Positions 26,015 to 27,274 of a stretch of DNA of 27,274 bases are shown here, piece after piece. Position numbers and translations under genes: made by a program. This stretch comes from Verrucomicrobiota bacterium. GTDB lineage: Bacteria > Verrucomicrobiota > Verrucomicrobiia > Limisphaerales > Palsa-1400. The stretch is from assembly GCA_049510745.1 (NCBI GenBank), contig JBEKYR010000059.1, positions 1-27,274 on the forward strand. The letters are read 5' to 3'. A model generated the notes under the pieces. It made no database searches and was not told the origin of the DNA. It saw only the letters and a program-made list of their open reading frames with translations. The number at the start of each line of letters is the position of its first letter. Within the stretch, counting starts at the first letter, position 1.

Positions 26015-27042
26015 ACCATGTTCGGGTCAACATTCACTTGGCCAATTATGAGATCTTTCAGAATCGGGGCGATTGTCGTCCTGCTGAGACGCGCTCGGCC
26101 ACCGGCGGACACATGAGAGAGATCAATGTTGTTGAGTGGCTGGAGGACCTTGCTCAAGGAATCTAGTTTGTAGTTGGAGTATCTTTCGCGGCTGAGGCGC
26201 AAAACTTCGTCGAAAACAGAGCAGAAGGATTCAAAGAATGCCGCGACTCTGAGCAATTTGGGAGTGGCTAAGGTCTGGTCTAAGGCCCGGAGATAGTTCT
26301 TGAAAAGCTCAAACCGTTTCTCGCGCGGCAGTTGTTCCATAATGGGAATCCGGAGGAGGGGTTGGACAGCCTTATTGAAGGTCGGGCGTGCGATTCGACC
26401 GTGGGCGGATTGGGATGCACTCATGAGGCCGTGTAGTGGCGAGTCGGTCTGTGAACCCAGGGCATCAAACATTTCGCGCAACTGAGCTTCCTCAGCGTTT
26501 TCGCGTTGCGCAAGTTGCTTAATGTCCAGCAATAGGGCGGCAGGAACTCCGCGTTGCGTGGTATTGATGTCGATGAAGAGAGCCACTTCTTCCTGTTTGC
26601 CAAGTCCTTCGTAGATCGAGACGGGCACGCGATGATCCTTTTGCGTGAGGCCGTAGCCATAGAGCCGATGTTGGCCGTCAAGCACAAGGAATGATTTCGG
26701 CAAGCGCTTGAATTTTAGGGTTTTTGTCTTCCCATCGTACCGAAGTTCAGCTTCCGGCTGAGCAGATAGAACGACGTTAGTTGGAATGGATCCCCGCGAC
26801 TCATCCAGGTACTTGGAGATGTCCTTCGCTCGGTTAATGTCTAGGACTCGCTGGAAGCCCTTGACGGGGTCTTCATTGCGATCTGCCACATAGCAAAACG
26901 GAAATATGTCTGCTTTGGGGATGGTGGTGAAATAGAATCTCTGGTTGTTTTGCTCCATGCGCAGAGCGGGGTAGGAGGCGGTGGAACCCTCCGGATGGTT
27001 GGATGCGAGAATTTGGTTAGGCTGAGGACGTGGATGTGGCAT
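26011..27042 (-). CDS. DGQHR-domain protein (DndB-like, ParB/Srx superfamily)
   Basis: GFQRVLD..RAKDI..YL, IPTNVVL, VLDGQHRLYG, EVALFIDINTTQRGVP. Confidence 0.9.
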   Translation of the reverse strand: MPHPRPQPNQILASNHPEGSTASYPALRMEQNNQRFYFTTIPKADIFPFCYVADRNEDPVKGFQRVLDINRAKDISKYLDESRGSIPTNVVLSAQPEAELRYDGKTKTLKFKRLPKSFLVLDGQHRLYGYGLTQKDHRVPVSIYEGLGKQEEVALFIDINTTQRGVPAALLLDIKQLAQRENAEEAQLREMFDALGSQTDSPLHGLMSASQSAHGRIARPTFNKAVQPLLRIPIMEQLPREKRFELFKNYLRALDQTLATPKLLRVAAFFESFCSVFDEVLRLSRERYSNYKLDSLSKVLQPLNNIDLSHVSAGGRARLSRTTIAPILKDLIIGQVNVDPNMV

Positions 27043-27240
27043 AGGCACTAGGATGTGGATTCGTGATATGGAAACGCAACGGCAACAAACTTCAGCAACG
27101 GCATCGCCTCCGCGAATTGGCGGGACTCGAACAAGCTCTGACCTGTCATTCTTAGCCTAAGTTCCTTTTGATTTTGCGTAAGTGCTTGCAAATCAAAGCA
27201 ACGGCCAGAAAATGTAGCAAGTAATAATTGATTAAATCTC

Positions 27241-27269
27241 TTGACATACCTATGGTCCCGCTTTATTCT
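27241..27269 (+). promoter_or_regulatory. Sigma70 promoter pointing out of the window (divergent from the DGQHR gene)
   Basis: TTGACA-N17-TATTCT preceded by an AT-rich UP-like tract. Confidence 0.65.
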
Positions 27270-27274
27270 GTAGC

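Noticed and set aside
25004..27042. Dnd phosphorothioation operon
   Set aside because: Only a DndB-like domain is present; there are no dndA/C/D/E homologues in the window.
27119..27136. tRNA T-arm-like GTTCGAGTCCCGCC on the minus strand as a possible att site
   Set aside because: The T-stem does not pair fully, there is no cloverleaf or CCA end, and no integrase is visible.
27048..27149. 33-aa upstream ORF (MTGQSLFESRQFAEAMPLL...) before the DGQHR gene
   Set aside because: Too short, with no supporting motif; it cannot be distinguished from chance.

Overview
GC-rich bacterial chromosomal window. The gene content, C-terminal sorting-like domain and intergenic repeat style suggest Verrucomicrobiota (inference). 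Left to right it holds: (1) a minus-strand nitrogen-assimilation cluster glnK/glnB-amtB-glnA (glnA truncated by the window edge and absent from the ORF track) behind a clear sigma54 promoter; (2) a cNMP-binding protein, a beta-barrel porin and an MBL-fold hydrolase; (3) a TMTC-like GT-C/TPR membrane protein and a VapBC-type toxin-antitoxin pair; (4) a long minus-strand MoxR-DUF58-BatA/vWA operon. That operon is interrupted by a ~3.3 kb insert bounded by 28-bp inverted repeats, carrying a secreted repeat-domain protein and an IS4 remnant. The downstream half of the operon is preceded by a compressed mosaic copy of the operon head (promoter, DUF58 start and coupling stop). (5) A repeat-rich spacer is followed by a lower-GC, translationally coupled DGQHR + HEPN-like gene pair, a candidate undescribed defence module. 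Three coding regions also carry in-frame scars made of a 35-36 bp duplication around a 30-34 bp insert, a geometry resembling ectopic CRISPR spacer integration.
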